Below are positions 12,547 through 23,178 of a DNA stretch of 64,000 bases, one piece after another. Each line of letters opens with the position of its first letter. Within the stretch, counting starts at the first letter, position 1. A program made the position numbers and the translations under genes. The DNA lies in contig OZ024740.1 of the NCBI GenBank assembly GCA_964016885.1, positions 108,562,001-108,626,000 on the forward strand, in the 5' to 3' direction. This DNA comes from Eledone cirrhosa. Its lineage: Eukaryota. Below the pieces are notes generated by a model, which saw nothing but the letters and a program-made list of their open reading frames with translations, made no database searches and had not been told where the DNA came from.

Positions 12547-12815
12547 TACCCCGTCCATTTTCACATGCGCTTGTACATTCAGCCCTAGATTCCTATCCCT
12601 CTCTCATGACTATTAACATCTTCTCTTACAACTAATACAGACCGACTAAATATGCTCTCTCCACTTTTCCCTTCACTGCTCTGTATACACACATACACAC
12701 CATTATATTAACATACTTTTACTTATAGCTTCGTACTAACATGCACACACACTCTTTTACTTACATACACACACATTTCTTCTTTGCTTCGTACGCACGT
12801 ATAATAATACACACG

Positions 12816-12909
<94 letters not shown>

Positions 12910-13136
12910 TATGCACGTGAGCAAGTATAGCTCTTTTTACAAAACGTTTTTTTTTTTCCATTTCAGGTAGACGCGCTCCATCATCCACTTTTCTAAAAAA
13001 TAAATCATACACAAAACGCCAGCACCAACAGTTTTCCAAGAGATGTCAACATGAATGGACCCGTTATTTTTATCTAAAGACATTTTTTCCAATTCCAACG
13101 CGCTTATCCTCTCAATCTATCTTATTTCTCATTCTT

Positions 13137-13172
13137 TCTTCTGATGAAGGACTTGCGTCCGAAACGTTAAGA
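13137..13172 (+). ncRNA. Minimal hammerhead ribozyme of the PLE terminus
   Basis: tctt-CTGATGA-a-ggac ttgc gtcc-GAAA-cg-TT-aaga, with palindromic AACGTT at stem III. Confidence 0.88.
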
Positions 13173-13257
13173 CCCTATTCCTGCTATTTCAAGCCTTAAC
13201 CTAATATATTCCTTCCATATATTGTACCGATTGGGTTGTTATTTCTGTTTACCTTTT

Positions 13258-13293
<36 letters not shown>

Positions 13294-13329
13294 GAAAAAA
13301 TGAGTATTGACGTACATGGGAGTCGAACC

Positions 13330-13399
<70 letters not shown>

Positions 13400-13510
13400 G
13401 GTTTGAGGTTCACCACTGTATAGAGCTGGTCTATTCCGTAAGGTCGCCCTCGGGTCCTCGATTTTCAGCCCCATGGATTTTATCTATTACATTCACGTAT
13501 TATATTTCGA

Positions 13511-13568
13511 ATACCTGATGATATCACCGGATTCATACGGAACCCGGTCATTGAAATGATCATAGTAT
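13511..13568 (+). ncRNA. Type I hammerhead motif in a separate insert of about 220 bp (13397-13618)
   Basis: atac-CTGATGA-t-atcaccgg..ccggtcat-t-GAAA-tgatca-TA-gtat, followed by AATAAA. Bounded by (TA)n. Confidence 0.75.
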
Positions 13569-13639
13569 AATAAACCTTTTAAGGATTTACACAAATCCAG
13601 CCTCCTGTCATTTCATTATAATATATATATATAGGTATA

Positions 13640-13680
13640 CGGGTCTGACGATAGCTAACAAGCTTGAAACTAGTACATCG
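13640..13680 (+). ncRNA. Degenerate hammerhead motif in insert 13633-13812
   Basis: CTGACGA-t-agc taacaa gct-t-GAAA-ctag-TA. Stem I pairs poorly. Confidence 0.5.
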
Positions 13681-13830
13681 TTCCTGTGTCAGTGTTGAAC
13701 AAAAAGGTGACGTGGTTGCCTGAACACTGTACGGCGTAAATCAGGCTGTCCGTTTGTTTACAAACGAACAAAGCGAACATTATAATAAATGTTCGGTAAA
13801 CTGATACGTACATATATATATGTGTGCCTG

Positions 13831-13876
<46 letters not shown>

Positions 13877-14052
13877 TGCTACTGTACGTCTGTATACATA
13901 TATGTATGTACGTATACATACATACTTACATTTAAGTAAGTGCCGTACTAAGAGTGAGAAATGCAATTTCGTTTCATTCTATTCCATTTATATATATATA
14001 TATATATATATATAAGAGACGTAAGTTAAGAAAATTATAAAATTAACTTACT

Positions 14053-14262
<210 letters not shown>

Positions 14263-14285
14263 GTACATGTGCTACCATTACACCA

Positions 14286-14370
14286 ATGTTTTGGTGTAAT
14301 GGTAGCACAGGGGTCTGGATAACCAAAGATGTGGTTTCGACTCCCATGTACGTCAATACTCATCTTTTTC
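14286..14370 (+). pseudogene. 5'-damaged tRNA-like (Pol III) sequence preceded by an inverted copy of its own 5' end
   Basis: A-box tggtgtaatgg, B-box-like gtttcgactccc and a downstream T-run. Hairpin at 14268-14309. A 3' fragment of the same family lies on minus at 13295-13330. Confidence 0.55.
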
Positions 14371-14490
14371 CATTTCTCTGAGGGTTTTAAACCCCACTAT
14401 CAGGCTAAAAAATTATTTAGTAAAAAATTGGGTGATTATATTTCTAATTTCAAACTCGCTCACTGTTTCAAAACATACTTATATATATAT

Positions 14491-15200
14491 AATTCTCAAG
14501 AGAGCTTTGACCCGGGCAAACATTCCCTCAAACTTGGAACCATCTGGGTTGTCCAGAATTGATGGGAAAAGACCTGACAGTCTTACCTTGTGCCCCTGGT
14601 CAAGAGGCAGATGCCTTGTCTGGGACGTCACAGTTAGTGACTCTTTTGCTTCTTCCCACATCCTGGATGCTGCGGTTAGGGTGAGAGCCACAGCTTCCAT
14701 AGCCGAACGGAACAAAATCCTAAAATACCGTGATCTGTCGGTCAACTCCATTTTCCAACCTATAACGTTCGAGACGTTTGGGGGAGTCGGGCTACTGACT
14801 GCGAGATTCCTATCTTCACTGGCGGCTCGCTTAACAGAGGTAACTGGTGAAGCTCGTGAGGGCGCTTGGTTGTTCCAGCACATCAGTCTCACCATCACCC
14901 GAGGTAATGCCACAAGCGTGCTGGCTTGCCTCAAAAGTTATTAGAGAACTTCCTCTTTTACTCTAGTAGCAGCTCGGTTGCCCACCCCTTTCGCCTGCCT
15001 TTTGTTGTATGTGGTCCAAGATGTGTGCTAACTGCTTCTGTTTTTTTTTCTTTTCTTTTCCTTTTTTTTGGGGGGGGGGGGGGTCTCTTTCCCTTTCCTT
15101 TATATTATATTTGTTTGTGCTTTCGTTCTGTAAGCATTGTATTATTATATTTCTTTTTATACAGCAATGAATAAAAGCAGAAACAGAACGAAAGCACAAA
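14491..15200 (+). mobile_element. 3' end of a CRE-like non-LTR retrotransposon (restriction-like endonuclease domain + 3' UTR)
   Basis: ORF 14432-14944: LEPSGLSRIDGKRPD...LVWDVTV...AERNKILKY...FQPITFETFG...ITRGNA (PD-D/ExK type). AATAAA near 15170. Flanked by (TA)n. Confidence 0.85.
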
Positions 15201-15231
15201 CATATATATATATATATAACTTTGATAGATC

Positions 15232-15545
15232 GAAATGGGGTTATTCGATAGAGTGCGTAGCCGGGAGATCAGAGTCACTCTAGGTAGAACCGCTACTTCT
15301 CCGAATTGAGAGATCACAGCTCCGGTACTATGGGCATGTGGTTAGAATGTTTCAGGAAAGAATCGCTGGGCAGATTTTAGAGGCAAAACCAACCGGCTAA
15401 GGGTAGACTCTGAACATGAGTTTGACTAGTCTCGCTTGGGGATCCAGCCGAATCAGTTGGAGACGATTGCTTCCGACAGGACTCGTTAGAAAGAGTGTTT
15501 GAGGACTCTGTCCCTACGACCCTCTCGGATATAAATGGGCGAAGA
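15232..15545 (+). mobile_element. RTE-clade LINE 3' fragment (family also at 43840-44110 and 62910-63255)
   Basis: Three similar copies with degenerate coding for ...YYGHVVRM...KPTG.RPRGR. Confidence 0.75.
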
Positions 15546-16381
15546 AGTTTATCTGTATTGTCCGACACTCGTAGATAAATTTTACATATGGAAGTGTTTT
15601 GACCTTTCAATTCCAAACGAAACTTTTAGATTTAAAAAATAAAAAAAACACATTTGCGAAATATCAGTTATATTTATTTATAAATATTTATCCATTATTT
15701 CCTGATAATTGTGTTGACTTCTTTGAATAAACTAAATTATGTCAGAACCAAAAATAATAGTTTTCGACTATCCTTTTTTAAAATTCTTTATTTATTAAAT
15801 TTGTCCTATCGTTAATGTTGATTTCTATCGATTTTTAAAAAAATGATGACTTAATCCATAATGTTGTTCAGTTTAACGCCATCTCCTGGAGCCAGCAACA
15901 ACAAACTAACCGAATGCTTGGTTGTTTGTATCCAGTCATACTCATGACCATTTTTAATGGCCCATTCCTTTTAGTTTATAAATAAGTATTGCGAGATGTA
16001 AGCAGAGTATGGTGTCAAATTGACGAGTGGATTCCTTTGTTTGCAGTGCTAAGCTCAATTTCTACTGCATGCTGCATGGAGAGGTGTATGATAGTCTAGC
16101 ATCCTATCCTGAAGGATGTTTGGCTCTCATCTGATTAATAAATAAGATTTATCACAGTAGACTTTACAGGAATAAATTACTAAATAATATTTAAACCCTT
16201 AATATAGTAAAGGTTAAGGCGGTTGAACGCCGATCTTAATGTCGATATTCGCTTGTCTCTTTCAAGGCTCAAATGTTTCCCACCTCCCTCCTATGATCAA
16301 AAGCATTCCAGCCATGATCATCTCATCTTTTTTGTACAGACATAATTCATTTTGGAATATATTATTAAACGTGCCTTTTTA

Positions 16382-16568
16382 GGGCGATGGATTGGAAGTA
16401 TCGGTAGAGAGTTGGACGCCATGCTTTGAGGCACAGAGTTACGACCCTTGCAATTCTGAGTTCAAATCCCGCCGAGGTTAACTTTGCCTTTCATCCTTAC
16501 GGGGTCGATAAAATAAAATACCAGTAATGCACTGAGTAATTGCTGGCCTTGTGCCAAAAGTAGAAACA
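16382..16568 (+). mobile_element. SINE family A with 20-bp target-site duplication
   Basis: Full-length copy. attattaaacgtgccttttt occurs at 16361-16380 and 16569-16588. Confidence 0.92.
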
Positions 16569-16680
16569 ATTATTAAACGTGCCTTTTTAAAGCAGTGGCG
16601 CGTGGTTTGAGGAAGATTCAGCTGCTATTTTTACCATGTCGAGCAACCACGTAGAAACCTTTATGTTCACTCAAGTAAGG

Positions 16681-17200
16681 CCTTGCTCTCCTTCCCTTCT
16701 TGCTCTCCTTCACTCCTTGCTCTCTTTCACTCCTTGCTCTCCTTTGCTCTCCTTCCCTCCTTGCTTTCCTTCACTCATTGATCTCCTTCACTCCTTGCTC
16801 TCTTTCTATCCTTGCTCTCCTCCCCTTCCCTGCTGTCCTTCCCTCCTTACTCTCCTTTCCTTACCCCTGCTGTCCTTTCCTCCTTACTCTCCTTCCCTTT
16901 CCCTCCCTGCTCTCGTTCTCTCCTTACTCTTCTTGCTCTCCTTCCTTGCTCCTCTTCTCTCTATCCTTGGTCTCCTTCTATCCTTCACTTCTTGCTCTCC
17001 TTCTATTCTTGGTCTCCTTCACTCCTTGCTTTCCTTGCTCTCCTTTCTCTCCTTCACTCCTTGCTTTCCCTTTCCTTGCCCTCCTTCACTCCCTGCTCTC
17101 CTTCATTCCTTACTCTTCTACATTCTTTGCTCTCCTTCACTCCTTGCTTTCCTTCACTCTTTGTTCTTCTTCACTTCTTCCTCTCCTTGCTCTTCTTCTA
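16681..17200. repeat. Pyrimidine-rich degenerate tandem repeat (unit about tccttcactccttgctc)
   Basis: Recurrent 17-mer variants. Explains the three overlapping Leu/Ser/Pro-rich ORFs. Confidence 0.9.
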
Positions 17201-19295
17201 GCCTTACTAGTAATAAGAAACACTACTCCCCTCCCCCAAGGCTATTTAATACAAGTATTTAAAATGTTCCGCTTCATATAGAAATGAACGTGTTCAATGG
17301 AGGAAAAAATATCTTAAAGGCATCAATTTGAAGAGGGTAAAAAGCCACCCCAACCACTTCAAAATGGTGTCTAATTTAGGCACAGGGCCAACCCCAGTAC
17401 TTTATTTTATCGACCCGGGAAGGATGAAAGATAAAGTTAAGTTGACCTCGGAGCATGCACTGTTAAGTATTTGTCCGACGCTCTAACGCTTCTGCCAATC
17501 CACCACCCTAAAACTACTTCATAATATAACCTCTACCCTTTAGCTAGCTTATGAACACATACAATTCAAAATACGAAGGTGACATTATCTTTCAACAGAA
17601 AGATCGGTGAAAACCAGTCGATGTTAATACGGACTATTAATAAATTTCAAATTCTGACTAATTTCCAGGTCAAGGCAACCTGTGCTATGAGATCAATTTA
17701 ATCTTCCGCACACCAGGCATCAGACTTATTGTTATAGTGTATATGTCTTCTTTTAGTTGCATGTGATGATAGCGTACTTTTTTATATTGCTGATTCTCTT
17801 ATATTGACTAAAATACGCTAGCCATATGCTGCAGCCGTGTTTAACTAAAGCTGTGAGAATAGTCTTTAACTGAAAATTTAAATCAAAATTTCTTCAATGT
17901 TTAATTTAAATGAATCCAGGAAATAATAAACCACGTTTTATTTAAATACTATAAAAAATATATATATTTAAATCAGTGGAAATTATATCTTTAAAGATAT
18001 AAGAAAAAACAGCAAAAGCTGAAAACATAAATTTCGGTTTAAACCTTTTCTTCGTAGCCAAAGGGGTCTACTTCCCCACGATTTGATTTCTGTACATCGT
18101 TACAGCAAGTTCAGCTTACAGACATTTTTATACCTATAGTTGGTAATGTTTCACTTTAGGTATATAAAATAGCAAGAAGGAAAGAGAAAGAAATAACAAG
18201 AGAAAATGAATATCCGATTGCCACGCCTTTTTAAAAATTACTGTCGGTATCGAAAAAAAATTATATAAATTATGAAAAAAAATTTTTTCACAAATAAATC
18301 TTTCACTTTATCGATTAAAAAAAATTCGAAAAGCAAAAAAAAATTTGCGACGAAAAATACAATTATTTCTTACTTTCATTTTATTATGTGCCATTTTATA
18401 TACCTAAATCGAAACATCCCCAGAAATAGTTCATCTCTAGTCGGATTTGAAATGAGAACGAAAAAGAGTGTAATTAAAAATACACGAGGATAAACAATAA
18501 CAACTAAAGTAACAATTTATTCATGATCGCTCGACATGCTAAAAGCAGCTAACTATTCCCCCAAATCACACCTATCGTATAAGAGAAAACTGACATTAGA
18601 TAATGTAATAACGTCTGGAAAAATATTGATGAGATGGTCACAGCTTGAGTTGACTTGGAACTAAACAATAATGGTTTCTGTTTTAAGCACAAGGCCTACA
18701 ATTTTAGGAGAGGGGAGAGTCAATTAAATCTCAGTGTGTTACTGGTACTTTATTTTATCGACCCCATAAGGATGAAAGGCAAAGGTAACCTCGGCGGGAT
18801 TTGAACTCTATTGCCAGACATTTCTTTTTATGATTTCAACTTTCTACAACGATCATTCTTCTCGCTTATCGTTTATCATGGTTTGGTTAGAACAATTTCT
18901 TCTTATGTATTGATACACACACACACTATCTAGTTTACACGTATATATGTCCGACCTGGCTTCAGTGTAATTCATACATATCGAATTCACAGGATACAAG
19001 ATTCAACAATCTGACATTTCGCTACTGAAATTATACAGACACCAATGGATTTATCTTTGTTTTATCCCTTTGTCATTAGTCACTACGAAATACAAGGTTG
19101 TTGCTACGTAGATACAGTTTTCCTGATTTACTGACGACTCAGTGTGACATCGTCGAAAACCGTCTTCATGTAGCGAATTAAAGTAACACAAGGTCATTTC
19201 TGTGCGTGTTAACCCCAGAGAATGAGTTTCAGAGGTGGACTGGTTATACAAACATTTGGGCAATGCCTATTGGGCCACGTTACAAACATTTAGGC

Positions 19296-19900
19296 CAGAG
19301 GTTCTCAAACTTTTGGGGCCACCCCCACGAACCCTATTTCCTGAGAAATATGCCTACATGCAAATTGTAAATAATATATAATTAAAATCGTTAATCTTAA
19401 CATCCAGAATATAATTTTTTTTATCTCGTTTGTAAAATAAGTTGGATTACTTTGAATAAATAATGAATGAATATTTATCTGCTAAATTTCGTAGCTTTTG
19501 ATTAAATATATTTTATTGCTTATTTAAAGATTCACTTCTTTAAAATTTTCAAATGTCAACACTTCCGGTTAGCGATCGCTTAAATAAACATTCATATTTT
19601 CCGTCACTAATTTTCTCCTAATGCAGTTTATATATAATATCGTCTTTTTTTAATGTATCATGGATTACGTTACTAATTACATAAGACAGTGTAACGCAGT
19701 CTTCGTTCAATTTCTGTGTATATTGTCAATTACGATTTTGTTTGATGTATCACATCTACATGCATATATACTTGCGTATAATATCAATATGCACATTACA
19801 CATGCTAGCAGAAAACCACCCGAAGCCGCCCCAGCGCGTCCCTGGAACCCCCCCACCGGTGGAGGGGGGAAAGTAGCACCCACATTGAGGAGAACCTCTG
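19296..19900. mobile_element. hAT-type non-autonomous element
   Basis: TIR cagaggttctc / gagaacctctg. 8-bp TSD atttaggc / atttaagc with 1 mismatch. Confidence 0.85.
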
Positions 19901-20249
19901 ATTTAAGCAATGCCTGGTGAGCCGCTTGTCGCGTTCAAAATTACGAAAACAAATGTGCGAAAAACAAAATTCTCAGCCGCTGAACAAAGATGAAAGGGAA
20001 ATGGAATGCACCTTAGCCGAGCATTCAAAAAACGCCTCTGGTAGTCAGCGGTTGGTTAGTTTGTTTCTGATGAGTTATTTTAATTCTAATAACAAAAGTT
20101 TTAGAGAATTATTATATCAACTTCACAGTCTCACTGATACTTTATTTTTATCGATTCTCAGTGGCGTTTGAATTCAGAATGTTAATTATAATAGGGCATT
20201 TTTTGTGTGTGCTTCTGAATTAGTTAAAAGAATAAATAGATTTGAAAGT

Positions 20250-20447
20250 CTCCCTCTAATACTTTTTGAGGCAAGCCAACACAATGGTAGCGTTGCCGCA
20301 GATGATAGCGAGGCTAGGGTGCTGGAGCAGCCAAGCACCCTCACGGGCATCACTAGATACCTCGGTAAAGTGAGCCGCCAACGATGACAAGAACCTCATT
20401 GTCAATGGCTCAGTTCTAAACGTTTCGAACACCACAAGGCTGGAAGA
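20250..20447 (-). mobile_element. CRE-like 3' fragment
   Basis: FETF...RFLSSLAAHFTEVSSDAREGAWLLQH..LAIICGNATIVLACLKKY, homologous to the ORF ending at 14944. Confidence 0.8.
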
Positions 20448-21304
20448 AACAGTTTGTCGATTAGGCATATTTAGTTTCGAAGACCGCCTCCACGTGTTTA
20501 AGATGAGTTAAACTTTCCAGTTTAACTTCCACAAAATTAACTCTATTATAATTTGGTACTTTCTTGACCTCGGTGGGATTTGAACACTGACGGTAAAAAG
20601 CCGTAATTAAATACCGTAGACAGTACGATGCTCACAGACTGAGTTAATTTCACTATTGCAGTAAAACAGAAAACTCGTCGGTGCAATGTATGAACCTCGG
20701 TCGGTTTCATTGATCAGCGCTCCAGTAACATTCACATTATATTTATCTTTATCAATATGCTTGCATATACTGACTATATTGTTTATTTATAGACATGTAA
20801 AATGATCCCATTAGAATGTAACGACCTAGGCTATTTGAGACAGTTAAGTGCTGTTAATAGAAGACGAAGAGTGGATCATTCATCACGACTGGTGCTAAAT
20901 CTTTACTAAGGTAGGCCTTATAATTCTCCCGCCGAGGTTCACTTTGCCTTTCATCCTTACGGGGTCGATAAATTAAAGTACCAGTAATGCACTGAGATAA
21001 TTGCTGGCCTTGTGCTAAAAGTAGAAACAGTTATTATTGTACGGCCTCCAAATTACTTATATCCGACAAAGTGTTCGGATTGGGAAGTATGTCGGTTTGT
21101 CTTCATCTTTAAATTCAAAGAAATTATGATTACAAGGACGACTTCTGTTATGTTTACTTGTTCAAATCTTTGTTCAACTTTTGATTAGCTGTTTTTCTAA
21201 CCATAAAATCAAGATGGTGGATAAATGCAAAAATATAGATTGTGAGACATATCAAACATTACCACTCAACAGCACTAAAATACAAGAGAAAAATTGCTGT
21301 ACGG

Positions 21305-21690
21305 CAGGGGTCTCAAACGCGTGGCCTGCAAACTACTTTTCTATGGTCCACGGCAGAACAATTTTCGTGACTAATATTTTGTCCCTTGCCGCTTCCAAAC
21401 TTGGTAATTTGTCCCTCGCCCCTTCCAAACTCTTTATCCATGAGATACAATAAAATGACCCCCCCAAAAAAAAAAAATAAGAAAAAAAATTATCAAGAGT
21501 GAAAAAAAAAATTTACCAAAAGTAATAACGAAATAAAGGAAAATTTGACCCTCTACATTTTGTATTAATTCACATATCCCACTTATCTATTCATTTTGAT
21601 GGGGGGGGGGGGGGACAACAGCCTATTAGCTGGTGGATATTAGGCCCTGAACGTAATGGCCCTTTTGAGTTCTTCAGTTCGAGATCACTG
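21305..21690. mobile_element. hAT-type MITE
   Basis: TIR caggggtctcaaac / gttcgagatcactg with subterminal ggccc motifs. No TSD evident. Confidence 0.6.
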
Positions 21691-21949
21691 CCTACAGTAA
21701 CACAAAAGCTGTCATATACTATTCTTTATATAGTCTGTATAAAACTTTTGAGATAACTCGAGTTTAGTGTAACTCCCAGCACCACTGATGTTTCTTCACA
21801 GCTTTCTTAATGCATATTATTTTAATGACATTTTGTAGGTGTAGATCACGATTATGTTAATGAAACAGAGAGAGAATTTTAAAAATACTTCATCGGCATA
21901 ATCTTAATCTAAACCAGACATGGGAAATCATTTTTAAGCAGTGGACCAT

Positions 21950-22899
21950 ATAGGATGTGGTTCATCATAAGGCGGGCTGCAGCATAGGATGTGGCTCAAC
22001 ATAAGGCGGGCTGTAGCATAGGATGTGGCTCAACATAAGGCGGGCTGTAGCATAGGATGTGGTTCATCATAAGGCGGGCTGCAGCATAGGATGTGGTTCA
22101 TCATAAGGCGGGCTGCAGCATAGGATGTGGATCAACATAAGGCGGGCTGTAGCATAGGATGTGGTTCATCATAAGGCGGGCTGCAGCATAGGATGTGGCT
22201 CAACATAAGGTGGGCTGCAGCATAGGATGTGGTTCATCATAAGGCGGGCTGTAGCATAGGATGTGGCTCAACATAAGGCGGGCTGCAGCATAGGATGTGG
22301 CTCAACATAAGGCGGGCTGTAGCATAGGATGTGGCTCAACATAAGGCGGGCTGCAGCATAGGATGTGGTTCATCATAAGGCGGGCTGTAGCATAGGATGT
22401 GGTTCATCATAAGGCGGGCTGCAGCATAGGATGTGGTTCAACATAAGGCGGGCTGTAGCATAGGATGTGGCTCAACATAAGGCGGGCTGTAGCATAGGAT
22501 GTGGCTCAACATAAGGCGGGCTGCAGCATAGGATGTGGCTCAACATAAGGCGGGCTGTAGCATAGGATGTGGCTCAACATAAGGCGGGCTGTAGCATAGG
22601 ATGTGGCTCAACATAAGGCGGGCTGCAGCATAGGATGTGGTTCATCATAAGGCGGGCTGCAGCATAGGATGTGGTTCATCATAAGGTGGGCTGCAGCATA
22701 GGATGTGGTTCATCATAAGGTGGGCTGCAGCATAGGATGTGGTTCATCATAAGGCGGGCTGCAGCATAGGATGTGGTTCATCATAAGGTGGGCTGCAGCA
22801 TAGGATGTGGATCAACATAAGGCGGGCTGCAGCATAGGATGTGGATCAACATAAGGCGGGCTGCAGCATAGGATGTGGATCAACATAAGGCGGGCTGCA
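21950..22899. repeat. 34-bp minisatellite, about 28 copies
   Basis: Unit cataggatgtgg(t/c/a)tca(t/a)cataagg(c/t)gggctg(c/t)ag, arranged head-to-tail with no spacers. Confidence 0.97.
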
Positions 22900-23178
22900 C
22901 TACTAAAAAAATCCAAGGCAATTTTGAAATTAGGCTTGCCATTCAGAAATCCAAACGGACTGCAGTTTGTCCTTGACTGATCTATACCTTCGAAATAGTG
23001 TATCTACAAAATACCAAATAAACTATACGAGAGGAAACAAAGTCAAGTGTGGGTGAATACAACACTGTAATTATCATACCAGTAATTCTGTTAGAACTAA
23101 CGGCTTTACAAGATATATTATAATACAGTGAAATTCCGTTATAACGAAATTCACGGGGTAAAAAAAACCCGTTGTAAC

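Noticed and set aside
16636-17281. Three long Leu/Ser/Pro-rich ORFs
   Set aside because: They are stop-free only because of a pyrimidine-rich tandem repeat.
20060-20108. CTGATGA followed by a gttatt/aataac stem
   Set aside because: Lacks G12 (AAAA instead of GAAA), stems I and III are unconvincing, and there is no repeat context.
21950-22899. CRISPR-like regular array
   Set aside because: Units are contiguous with no unique spacers, there are no cas genes, and the context is eukaryotic.
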